Assembly: GCA_038883795.1 (NCBI GenBank)
Contig: JAVZLK010000014.1
Span: forward strand, 1 to 35,426
Origin: Candidatus Bathyarchaeia archaeon
Lineage (GTDB): Archaea; Thermoproteota; Bathyarchaeia; Bathyarchaeales; Bathycorpusculaceae
Length of the DNA stretch: 35,426 nt
Direction: 5' to 3'
Shown here one piece after another: positions 8,257-16,568 of the stretch. Below the pieces are notes generated by a model, which saw only the letters and a list, made by a program, of their open reading frames with translations, was not told the DNA's origin and did no database searches. Position 1 is the stretch's first letter, and each line of letters begins with the position of its first letter. A program made the translations under genes and the position numbers.

Positions 8257-9750
8257 GTGAGCTTAGAAAGGTTCTTAGAGAAAGAGAACGTTCAACCTTC
8301 CATAGAAAAGAAAACTCAAGTCGGCTTTGTTGATGATTGGCTTAACAAAAACTTCCGAGTTGAAAAAACAAAAAGGGATTATGTTTTAGCAATTCAACTT
8401 TTCGTAAAGGCTATCTATGGTAATGATGCTACTGATTACAATGGCTTTATTTCGAGATACTTTAAGGAACAAAGAAACTTTCTAGAAGACTTAAAGACAT
8501 TCATTCAATATATGAATAGAGAAGGATATGCACCTCGTTCTATTCATACGCTAACAATCGTAATTAAGAAGTTCTTTTCAAGACATGGGCATAAGATTTC
8601 TGATGATGACTGGGAAGATATTAGCCGAGGTTTACTACCACCTAATGTAGCGGCTACACAAGACGAGATTCTAACAAAAGACCAATGCAAAATGTTGTTA
8701 CCTCACTTCTCGGTTCTAGGCAAAGCAATATTCCTTTTCCTATTAAACACTGGTGCAAGGATAGGTGAAACATTGAAACTTAGAGTGGATGACTTCAATT
8801 TGGAGACGGATCCGCCTAGCGTGTATATTCGCCCACAATATACTAAGGGCGGTGTTGGTGGGCGTGTTATGTGGTTTAGCTATGAGGCGAAAGAGGCTCT
8901 TATAGAATGGTGGAAAGTTAAGGATACAAAAAAGAAACGTGGTAGAGCTGGTAAATTTCCGAAAGAAATGGCTTTTGGCATCAAACCAATTGGTTTTAAT
9001 CTGATGTTAAATATGGCATTACGCAAAGCTGGTTTAGCGAAAAGAGACCCTTCAACAAAAACCAAATTCTACATCTATCATGTTCATACTTTGCGGAAGT
9101 TCTTTTCTACGGCTATGAGTGAAGCTGGAGTTCCAGAATCTATCATTCACGCATGGATGGGACATAAAGGCTACCTGGATAGTGCATACAAGCGTTACAC
9201 GAAAGAAAAGCTGGCTCAAATCTATAAGGAACACATGGATGCGGTTACAATTCAGGGCGGAGTTTCAAAGCACATTCTAGAAGAGCTTAAAATGTTAAGG
9301 CAAAAAAACGAAGAGATAGAGACGCTTAAGAAACTATGTGAAGAGAAAGGAATCAAAAATGGAAGACCTTTAGTTGAGATGTTTAAGGATTTGGCTCTAG
9401 TATTGGCTAAAGAACTTAGTGAAGTTTCTAAGCCTATTCAACCACAACCGATTAAGCCAATTCCACAAGAAACATCACAACCTACTAAAAGTGAGGCAGT
9501 TAGGCCTACCCAAGTAGTTGAAAATGTGCCTATCCCTGAAAAGCCTAAGGAATTGGAAAAGCCAAAAGTTGATTCTACACCTAAAACTTATACACAGTTG
9601 ATTAAAGAAGGAAAATGCCTTAGACAATTGGATTTAAAGGATGCGAAACAATGGGAAATAGCTTGCCATTGGTGTTTCAACAATTACCGTTACACTTATG
9701 ACCAGTGTAGGGCTACGGTTAAAGTGCAAGTAGCAGAGAAAACAATTTAA
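8257..9750 (+). CDS. Tyrosine recombinase/integrase 2 with Pro-rich linker and C-terminal Cys cluster
   Basis: Catalytic set is NTGARIGE (Arg), TKGG (Lys), HTLRKFF (HxxR) and WMGHKGYLDSAY (His, Tyr). RBS GGTGA lies upstream of the GTG start. The C-tail has KPIQPQPIKPIP then C...ACHWC...C. Confidence 0.93.
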   Translation: MSLERFLEKENVQPSIEKKTQVGFVDDWLNKNFRVEKTKRDYVLAIQLFVKAIYGNDATDYNGFISRYFKEQRNFLEDLKTFIQYMNREGYAPRSIHTLTIVIKKFFSRHGHKISDDDWEDISRGLLPPNVAATQDEILTKDQCKMLLPHFSVLGKAIFLFLLNTGARIGETLKLRVDDFNLETDPPSVYIRPQYTKGGVGGRVMWFSYEAKEALIEWWKVKDTKKKRGRAGKFPKEMAFGIKPIGFNLMLNMALRKAGLAKRDPSTKTKFYIYHVHTLRKFFSTAMSEAGVPESIIHAWMGHKGYLDSAYKRYTKEKLAQIYKEHMDAVTIQGGVSKHILEELKMLRQKNEEIETLKKLCEEKGIKNGRPLVEMFKDLALVLAKELSEVSKPIQPQPIKPIPQETSQPTKSEAVRPTQVVENVPIPEKPKELEKPKVDSTPKTYTQLIKEGKCLRQLDLKDAKQWEIACHWCFNNYRYTYDQCRATVKVQVAEKTI

Positions 9751-9856
9751 TGCCTTTTGCTAAGTGTTCTATTGAGGCTATGAAGACATCGAGGTAATAT
9801 GAAGGGGACAAGATGATTTGTTTTTCCGCTTCTGAGCCTCTTTAAAGCTGATACAT

Positions 9857-9883
9857 TAACTACTAACTTAATCTACTACGGTA
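9857..9883. repeat. Right attachment site (attR): arm TAACTACTAACTTAATCTA plus core CTACGGTA
   Basis: Inverted partner of arm 5065-5083. It contains the TAG stop (9863-9865, minus strand) that ends the upstream host ORF. Confidence 0.88.
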
Positions 9884-12800
9884 CTTCCAAGAGATGTTCC
9901 ACCAGTCTGCTGGAATTTCCACGAAGACAGCTGTAATATTTTTGTTTCCGTCGATGATTATGGTGATCGTCTCGTTTGTTCCGGACAGGTCGCCACTCCA
10001 GTGAGAAAATGTCCAACCATTCTCAGCGATGGCTGTTAACTCCACCACGGTGCCATAAGTGTATGTTGGCAGATCTGGATTCTTTGTCACTGAACCGCTT
10101 CCTTCCGGAGAAACGTTCACTGTTAAAGTGTAATTGTTTGGAGCGAAGAACGCTGTTATGGTATGGTTTGCGCATACAGCGTAGAATGTATATGAGGATA
10201 TTGATCCTCGGGATTCGCCGTCCACTAATACTTCAAGAATATGACAGCCTATGTTAGGCGTAATTGTGAAAGTTATGTTTTCGCCATGATATGCTGTTAC
10301 TGGGCCAGAGGGTTCTATAGTTCCACCAGTACTGCCTACCAACGCAGCAATAATGTATTGTTTGAGATTGAAGTGTGCCGTTACAGTCATGTTGCCAGTA
10401 ATTATGAAGGTTATAGGATTATCTAAACTTGAAATGTTCCCGCTCCAGTGGCTGAAACTCCAGCCAATATAAGCGGATGCGTTCAATTGAACTGGGGTTC
10501 CATAAGTGTATGTTGGCTGTTCTGGCGATTTAATTACATTTCCTGAGCCTTCAACATTTATGGTCAGAACATATTGTTCTTGGGTGAAGTTAGCATAAAC
10601 TGTTTTATTGTTATCCATTAGAATTATTGTAGGATTCTCGCTGCCTGAAATGTCTCCGCTCCACCAAACAAATTTCCAGCCCGCGTCTGGTACAGCTGTT
10701 AATGTTACGTTTTCGCCGTGAGCGTAGAATGCAAAGTCCGGGTTTTTGTTTACCGTACCATTGCCGATTATGATAATGGTTAATGTGTATGGGTTTTGCG
10801 TAAAAATTGCTGTTACGGATTCGTTGCTATTCATCATAATCGTTATTGGATTCTCACTACTTGAGGTATCACCGCTCCAACCAGCAAACATCCAGCCGGG
10901 ATAAGCAGTGGCTGATAGTGTTACGTTTTCACCATAAGTGTACGTTAGTTTGTTTGGTTCGATTGTCACGTTGCCGTTTCCAAGAATGGTTATTGTTAAG
11001 ATGTAGTGGTCTTGTGTGAATACCGCTGTCACCGTTTTGTTATCATCAATTATTATGGTTGTTGGGTTTTGGCTGCCATTTAAATCCCCCTCCCAATGGG
11101 AGAATGACCATCCAGCATTTGGAACAGCAGTCAATTCAACTACGTCGCCATAATGGTATGGGACTGTTTTGTTAAAGTTAACGTAGCCACCGTCTATTGG
11201 TGATATGTTTATCGACAGTGTGTATTCGGTTTTGTTAAAGACGGCAACTACGGTTTTGTTCCCATTCATTAGTATAGTTGTTGGGTTTTTGTTGCCTGTT
11301 AAGTCGCCATCCCAATGTGAAAATGCATAGCCAATGTCTGCTATTGCAGTCAACTGGACAAGTGTGCCGTAGGGATAAGTTTCATTGTCAGGGTTTTTGG
11401 TGACTGAACCGTTTCCAACCGTTGATATGGTTAAGGTCACATTTCCCTGGCTTGGTGGAACTTCTTCTGTTGTAAACGTGAAGGTTTTTGTATTTGTGTT
11501 GGTTCCATCCGTGGCTGTTACTGTCCAAGTGTAGGTTGTTGAGTAGGCTAAGCTGTTGACTGGAACCGTAATTATTCCATTAGGTACGTTTATACCGCTA
11601 GCTGATACTATGTTTGGGTTAGTTGTGACTGTGTAATTTATCGGGTCGCTTTGGTAATCTGTCAATTTAAAGCTCAAGTACGGAAGAGTCACCGAAACGT
11701 TTGTTAAGCCATCATTAGGCGAGATTTCAGATATTCTTGGCTCTTGTGGTCCTGGTGGAGGCCTATAAACTGGTACGCTTCCCCTGTATTGGTGGTAGTG
11801 GGTAAGCCCGGATTTTGGTAGCGGGTTTGGTGCAGACACTTCTACGTCATAGACGCTAATCCAACTATTATGCTGATTGAAGACTAGTTCAAGCTTGCCG
11901 TCGGCGTCTATGTCTTGAACTATGAAAAACGCATGGACCATGGGCAGGTTTATGGTTCCTATGATATCATAATTTTTTGTGACGGAATTATATTTGAAGA
12001 TGGTTACGTTATTTACGTTGCAGTCTAATATCTCCCATTTTCCATCTCCATCCACATCAGCTAATCCAGGAGGATGTAGACATGGAAACGGAAGCGTAGC
12101 ATCCAATTTCCAGTTAACCAAATCCCATATCTTGGGCTGCTTTCGATCACGAGCCGTTATCAATTCAAGGTTGCCGTCGCCATCCACGTCAGCAACGGTT
12201 GGAGGATCATGCGCTGGCAAACCAAGGTTCAGTTTCTTCCGATATATGCCCTTATACGTGTTAACACTTCCGTCCGTGTTAATAACTGCGATGCCACCAC
12301 TTGTAGTACCTTGGTTAAGTATGATTATTTCAAGATCTCCATCATTATCCACGTCTGCAATTGTAGGAGCTTGACTGCTACACAGTATGTCAGGGTAGGC
12401 CCATATTTCAGTTAGATTATCTGCCCAAAAAGCTCTAAGCCCCCTTCCACCAGAGGGATACGATGGATACGATTCGCTTCTTTCACCTAAATAAACTTCA
12501 AATACTCCGTCAAAATCAGTGTCCGCTAAACTCATTCCACCATAACACGTATAATAAGTATAGGTGGAGGCAAATATCTGACCATCATAAGTTAGAGCGG
12601 TAACCCGGCTTGGATAAGCAGAAAAGATTTCAGGATATCCGTCAGCGTTAATATCGCCCACAGCTATGTACGTACCTTTTCCAGCAGCTTTTGTATTATA
12701 CCACCAAATAGAACCGTTGATTCCGTGTAGAACCATTACTCCGTTGCTGGTAGTTCCGTTGACATATTGGGGGGCCATCACTATTTCCAGAAAGCCATCT

Positions 12801-13141
12801 TTGTTTAAGTCTACTATCTCCATAGGAACATGATCACCACCATATGGTACTGACCATATAACTTCGCCTGTTTCGGGATCTAGTGCTGCTGTCTTCCCGG
12901 TTAACCCGGATATCACTATTTCCATATCGCCGTCGTTGTTTAAATCAGCTGCCAACGGACCCATCCACGTACTGCCGGTGCCGGCATTAGCTTTCCATTT
13001 TAACGTTATCGAAAGTGTGTTTTGTTGTCCAAACACGTGGGTAACATCTATAAAGCTAACAAAGCCTTGAATAACTAGAATGATCAAAATTATGCTTAAC
13101 AATTTTTTATGTAAGTTCAATCGGTACCTTTCTCCAACCAT
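9863..13141 (-). CDS. N-terminal half of the interrupted giant secreted surface protein: signal peptide, FG-GAP/VCBS-type beta-propeller, Ig-like domain, seven InlB-B/bacterial-repeat units
   Basis: Hydrophobic N-terminus (KKLLSIILIILVIQGFVSF), repeated Ca-binding DxNxDGxxEI motifs, and YTLTI...G.V.K.P...Y.YG..V.LTA....GW.F..W.GD repeats. The last four residues (SRLS*) derive from the element end. Confidence 0.92.
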   Translation of the reverse strand: MVGERYRLNLHKKLLSIILIILVIQGFVSFIDVTHVFGQQNTLSITLKWKANAGTGSTWMGPLAADLNNDGDMEIVISGLTGKTAALDPETGEVIWSVPYGGDHVPMEIVDLNKDGFLEIVMAPQYVNGTTSNGVMVLHGINGSIWWYNTKAAGKGTYIAVGDINADGYPEIFSAYPSRVTALTYDGQIFASTYTYYTCYGGMSLADTDFDGVFEVYLGERSESYPSYPSGGRGLRAFWADNLTEIWAYPDILCSSQAPTIADVDNDGDLEIIILNQGTTSGGIAVINTDGSVNTYKGIYRKKLNLGLPAHDPPTVADVDGDGNLELITARDRKQPKIWDLVNWKLDATLPFPCLHPPGLADVDGDGKWEILDCNVNNVTIFKYNSVTKNYDIIGTINLPMVHAFFIVQDIDADGKLELVFNQHNSWISVYDVEVSAPNPLPKSGLTHYHQYRGSVPVYRPPPGPQEPRISEISPNDGLTNVSVTLPYLSFKLTDYQSDPINYTVTTNPNIVSASGINVPNGIITVPVNSLAYSTTYTWTVTATDGTNTNTKTFTFTTEEVPPSQGNVTLTISTVGNGSVTKNPDNETYPYGTLVQLTAIADIGYAFSHWDGDLTGNKNPTTILMNGNKTVVAVFNKTEYTLSINISPIDGGYVNFNKTVPYHYGDVVELTAVPNAGWSFSHWEGDLNGSQNPTTIIIDDNKTVTAVFTQDHYILTITILGNGNVTIEPNKLTYTYGENVTLSATAYPGWMFAGWSGDTSSSENPITIMMNSNESVTAIFTQNPYTLTIIIIGNGTVNKNPDFAFYAHGENVTLTAVPDAGWKFVWWSGDISGSENPTIILMDNNKTVYANFTQEQYVLTINVEGSGNVIKSPEQPTYTYGTPVQLNASAYIGWSFSHWSGNISSLDNPITFIITGNMTVTAHFNLKQYIIAALVGSTGGTIEPSGPVTAYHGENITFTITPNIGCHILEVLVDGESRGSISSYTFYAVCANHTITAFFAPNNYTLTVNVSPEGSGSVTKNPDLPTYTYGTVVELTAIAENGWTFSHWSGDLSGTNETITIIIDGNKNITAVFVEIPADWWNISWKYRSRLS

Positions 13142-13260
13142 TAAATGTTAAAGCTTGCAGTTAAATGTTTAGGATTATTTACCTATAAGATTTTCAAGCC
13201 GCTTCGCCTGAACTGCTATCTCTGCTACTGTGGTGTGTGTGGCTTCTTGGTCCATATATG

Positions 13261-14385
13261 TCATTCCATTAATTGCTTGTAAATTGAGCATAGTTTATTG
13301 CAAGCGTTTTCCAATGAGTATTGCTCTTTAACGAGTTTTCGCCCATCACGAGCCATTTTTAACCTAACATCCTCGTTTTTAAGCAAATAATCTATAGCTT
13401 CTGCCAGCTGGATGGAATTGCCTGGCGGAATTAAAATCCCAGTCTCATGGTTTTTGATTATTTCTGGAGCACCGCCAACAGGAGTCGCTATTACGGAGGT
13501 TTCACAGGATAGAGCTTCTAGAATTGTCACGGGGAAGCCTTCAGCGAATGATGGGAGAATGAGAAGTGAAGCCTTTTGATACCATTCTATTATTTCGCTT
13601 TGTTCCATGGCGCCCAAATATTTTATTTCGTGTTTTCCTTTCTTGTTTTCATTTTTAATTAGATTTAACAAGCTTTGATAGTAGTTGGCATTCCAGCCCG
13701 GCGGCCCAATTATGACCAAGTGCACACTTTCTTTCAAATATTTTAGAGCTCTTATTAGTATGTGTAAGCCTTTAAGTTCTGAGATTCTGCCAACGTACAG
13801 AAGCAAATTTTTCTCTTTATGGTTTCCTGGTTTGAAGAAGTTTGTGTCTATGCTGTTTGGCACGTAAGTGATTTTGCTTTCTGGGATTCCAAGGGCTATT
13901 AACTCTTTTGTCATCTGGTTTGATAGGGAGACGTATATGTTAGCTAAATGTTTTAGCAGGAATCTGCTTACGTGATGTTTTTTTAGGAAGTTGGATTTTA
14001 TTCCATGCAGGTGGATTATTTTTGGTTTTTTTATGAAGTATGAGAAGAATGGGAAGCTTAGTTCAAACTCGTGAAAGTGTATAATATCATAGTTTTTTAA
14101 TATGTTAGTGAATCTTCCTGGTATGAAGTTGACTCCTGCTGTAATTTTGTATGAATGTAGTTTCCATAGCCAATTTAACGCTGGGATTCTGAACACTGAG
14201 ATTCCGTCGATTTTTTCTGTTTTTCCATGCCATTTTGGTTTTCTATTTTGATCCACGTTGAATGTCATTATGTCTGTTTGTATGCCGTTTTTGTTAAGGG
14301 TTATGGCAAGGTTTCTAACTATTGTTTCTGTGCCGCCTTTAACCGGATAGTAACAAGGAGTAACCATTAAAACGTGCATAGGCAT
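13261..14385 (-). CDS. Glycosyltransferase family 4 (GT-B)
   Basis: YYPVKGGTE N-terminus, LYVGRISELKG, and PSFAEGFPVTILEALSC (EX7E). Confidence 0.93.
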   Translation of the reverse strand: MPMHVLMVTPCYYPVKGGTETIVRNLAITLNKNGIQTDIMTFNVDQNRKPKWHGKTEKIDGISVFRIPALNWLWKLHSYKITAGVNFIPGRFTNILKNYDIIHFHEFELSFPFFSYFIKKPKIIHLHGIKSNFLKKHHVSRFLLKHLANIYVSLSNQMTKELIALGIPESKITYVPNSIDTNFFKPGNHKEKNLLLYVGRISELKGLHILIRALKYLKESVHLVIIGPPGWNANYYQSLLNLIKNENKKGKHEIKYLGAMEQSEIIEWYQKASLLILPSFAEGFPVTILEALSCETSVIATPVGGAPEIIKNHETGILIPPGNSIQLAEAIDYLLKNEDVRLKMARDGRKLVKEQYSLENACNKLCSIYKQLME

Positions 14386-14396
14386 CCTTTAAGCGA

Positions 14397-15344
14397 TTAT
14401 TGAAGTGTTTCATAGAAAAATGTATGAAAGTGGTTTTTGATGAATTTTGGATGGTAATTGAAGCGGTTTACAGCCCATCTGATGCTTGTTTGGTAGGAGT
14501 TGTTTATTTTTTCTTTGGTTATTGTTAGTTTTTTGTATGGGGTGTTGAGGGTGATGCTGGTGTCTATTATTTTGGCTTTCTGTAAAGTTTTTATTCTTTT
14601 TATCAAGAGTTCGAGTTTTTGGAATAGGCGTTCTATTTCTTCTGCTGGTCTTTTGGGGACTGTTGAGAGGGTTTTCGGGTTTCCTTTATAATATATGGAG
14701 TCCCATTCGATTTTGTTCACGAGTAATGTTGGATGTAGGTCGAAAATTGTTATTTTATGTCGTAGTATTGAGGAGAGGAGACATTTGTAGTTGTATGTTG
14801 TACCGTTCCATTGCTGTGTTACTGTATATGGGTAGAAGGTTAATTTCTTATAGGAAACTGGTTCTGAGTTTGTGAGGTTTGCGGAGAAATCGTATTTTAT
14901 GCCGAGACTTTTTAAGGCTTCAAGGTGTGGCGGTGTCCAACACATGCCCGGCGCTCGAAAGGCCTCTATTTTTTTGGGATGAAATAGTTTTTGAAGGAAG
15001 TATATTCCGCCTTCTCCCTCTATTTTTCCTGTTAACGGGTTTATATGGGAAGTTTCCCTTTCCGCTGCGATTTCGCAAGCTTTTTCGTAGCTTTTTAGGT
15101 CGGTGTATTCTGGGATTGTTGGGCGAACCGAATGGTTGGAAGAATGAAAGCCAATTTCGTGGCTTTTAAGCATCTCAACAATTTGTGGGTAACTACTTAT
15201 TTTTTCAGCCATAAGCCCTGTAATAAAGAATATAGCCTTCAACTTATATTTTTGTAAGATTTTAAGGATTCTTTGAAGCGCAGAAGTAGCGTTTGGGTTT
15301 ATGAAATCTTCAACATCAAATGTTAATAACAACTTTTGTTTCAT
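14397..15344 (-). CDS. Polysaccharide deacetylase family protein (NodB/CE4-like)
   Basis: LLTFDVED, HEIGFHSSNH and FRAPG motifs. Confidence 0.85.
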   Translation of the reverse strand: MKQKLLLTFDVEDFINPNATSALQRILKILQKYKLKAIFFITGLMAEKISSYPQIVEMLKSHEIGFHSSNHSVRPTIPEYTDLKSYEKACEIAAERETSHINPLTGKIEGEGGIYFLQKLFHPKKIEAFRAPGMCWTPPHLEALKSLGIKYDFSANLTNSEPVSYKKLTFYPYTVTQQWNGTTYNYKCLLSSILRHKITIFDLHPTLLVNKIEWDSIYYKGNPKTLSTVPKRPAEEIERLFQKLELLIKRIKTLQKAKIIDTSITLNTPYKKLTITKEKINNSYQTSIRWAVNRFNYHPKFIKNHFHTFFYETLQ

Positions 15345-16507
15345 TGTTTGTTTCCTTTCTGGCTTAAAAAGGGTAATTTTTCTAAGGTTTCATCTATTTT
15401 AGCCTGTTTTACTGCTTTAATTCCCCAGTTATAGAGTCTAGAAGTAAGCTTGCCGTTGATAAATCTGATGCTGAGATTTCTCTTATACTCTCTAGTCCAT
15501 TTAGATTTATAAGGTTCATCACCTTTCATAAAATCAAATTCCTTTAATTTTTTCATAATGCATTGTTCTATTACTTTTAAGGTTAATAGATTCCCGATGC
15601 TGTATCGAGAATAGTTAAGGTTAAAACCACTTAATGCAAAATATAATTTTCCTCCGTATTCAAAGCAGTAATGAGCCGCTACGGGTTCATCGTTAGCCGT
15701 GAGAAAATACAATGCAAGCCATCCGTTTATATCAAAGCTTTTGGCTACGTTGATGTAGAAATCACGGATAATCTGTGTGCTAAGAACTCCCGGCATCTGT
15801 CTAAATTTCCACCTTTTTTGATGCAGCTTGAAAAAAATTTCCATAGCGTCTTCAACCGAACCAAAGTCGTTATGGCTATTTAATTCAATTTTACCGTAAT
15901 CTTTCTGTAAGTTTTTCATACATCTCCTTAGATTTTTCCGAAACTTACCGTCTAATCCTTCTAAAAACATGTCCATAGATGCTGGTAAGGTTATGTAAGG
16001 ACACATTGCACCCCTTTTTATTTCAAATTTTGGAGTAGACATTATTATTTTTCCAAGTAGACTTAAAACTGATGATGTTTCTGGAACATCGTATAAGTAT
16101 ATGAAATCCCAGTCATTTTGTTTTGTTAAATAGTTCAAGAATAGTTTAAAACATTCTTCTTCTTTTTCTCCTAATAATAAACCTGTGTAGTCTCCACCTT
16201 CTGGCATCAGACCCCTATACCCTAAAGGTTCTATAACATCATAACCAAATGAACCCACAATGCCGAAATGGGATTGCCTAAGCGGAGCAATAGCAACAAT
16301 CTCATCTTCATCTTTCACGCACAATATCCTCAGCTTTGCTCTCCTCCCGAAATATCGCCAAAAGGTTGACAAATACTCCCAAGTTAAGAAGATATTATTG
16401 TCCTTACTTTTAGCAAGAACTTCATTCCATTTCTGTTTTAATTCTAGAAATTCGTTTAAGGTGCTAATTTCAAATATTTTTAACAAACTGTTCACTTCAT
16501 TTGACAT
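15341..16507 (-). CDS. GNAT-family acyltransferase (CelD/BcsL-like)
   Basis: NIFLTWEYL, GKFRKNLRR, LHQKRW, YSIGNLL and FDFMKGDEPYKSKW motifs. Confidence 0.88.
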   Translation of the reverse strand: MSNEVNSLLKIFEISTLNEFLELKQKWNEVLAKSKDNNIFLTWEYLSTFWRYFGRRAKLRILCVKDEDEIVAIAPLRQSHFGIVGSFGYDVIEPLGYRGLMPEGGDYTGLLLGEKEEECFKLFLNYLTKQNDWDFIYLYDVPETSSVLSLLGKIIMSTPKFEIKRGAMCPYITLPASMDMFLEGLDGKFRKNLRRCMKNLQKDYGKIELNSHNDFGSVEDAMEIFFKLHQKRWKFRQMPGVLSTQIIRDFYINVAKSFDINGWLALYFLTANDEPVAAHYCFEYGGKLYFALSGFNLNYSRYSIGNLLTLKVIEQCIMKKLKEFDFMKGDEPYKSKWTREYKRNLSIRFINGKLTSRLYNWGIKAVKQAKIDETLEKLPFLSQKGNKQ

Positions 16508-16568
16508 CGTTTACTTGTGTATAAGACTAAGCAGGATGCACTCCCAACAAAATCAAGCTCAAGCGTCA

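Larger units (their letters stand above)
5059..9883. mobile_element. 4,817-bp integrative/excisable element with two tyrosine recombinases, inserted in a surface-protein gene
   Basis: An 8-bp direct repeat CTACGGTA lies at both ends, with 19-bp imperfect inverted arms just inside. All five element genes are on +, opposite to the host gene. Precise removal restores a 6,282-bp host ORF. Confidence 0.93.

Noticed and set aside
7116-9720. Internal CTACGG copies as secondary att sites
   Set aside because: They lie within coding sequence, lack the flanking arms, and do not extend to the 8-bp core.
5059-9883. Complete provirus, tRNA-targeting or SSV1-type split integrase, or IS with a target-site duplication
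   Set aside because: There are no virion or replication genes, no tRNA at either end, both integrases are intact, and no DDE/HUH transposase is present. The direct repeat is better explained as a tyrosine-recombinase crossover core.
5059-9883. Intron or intein interrupting the host gene
   Set aside because: The insert has stops in the host frame, five antisense genes, and no splicing motifs, reverse transcriptase or homing endonuclease.
9920-11440. Diversity-generating retroelement or shufflon cassettes in the repeat region
   Set aside because: There is no reverse transcriptase and no near-identical TR/VR pair with adenine-specific mismatches. No repeated inverted recombination sites lie between units; these are ordinary diverged protein repeats.
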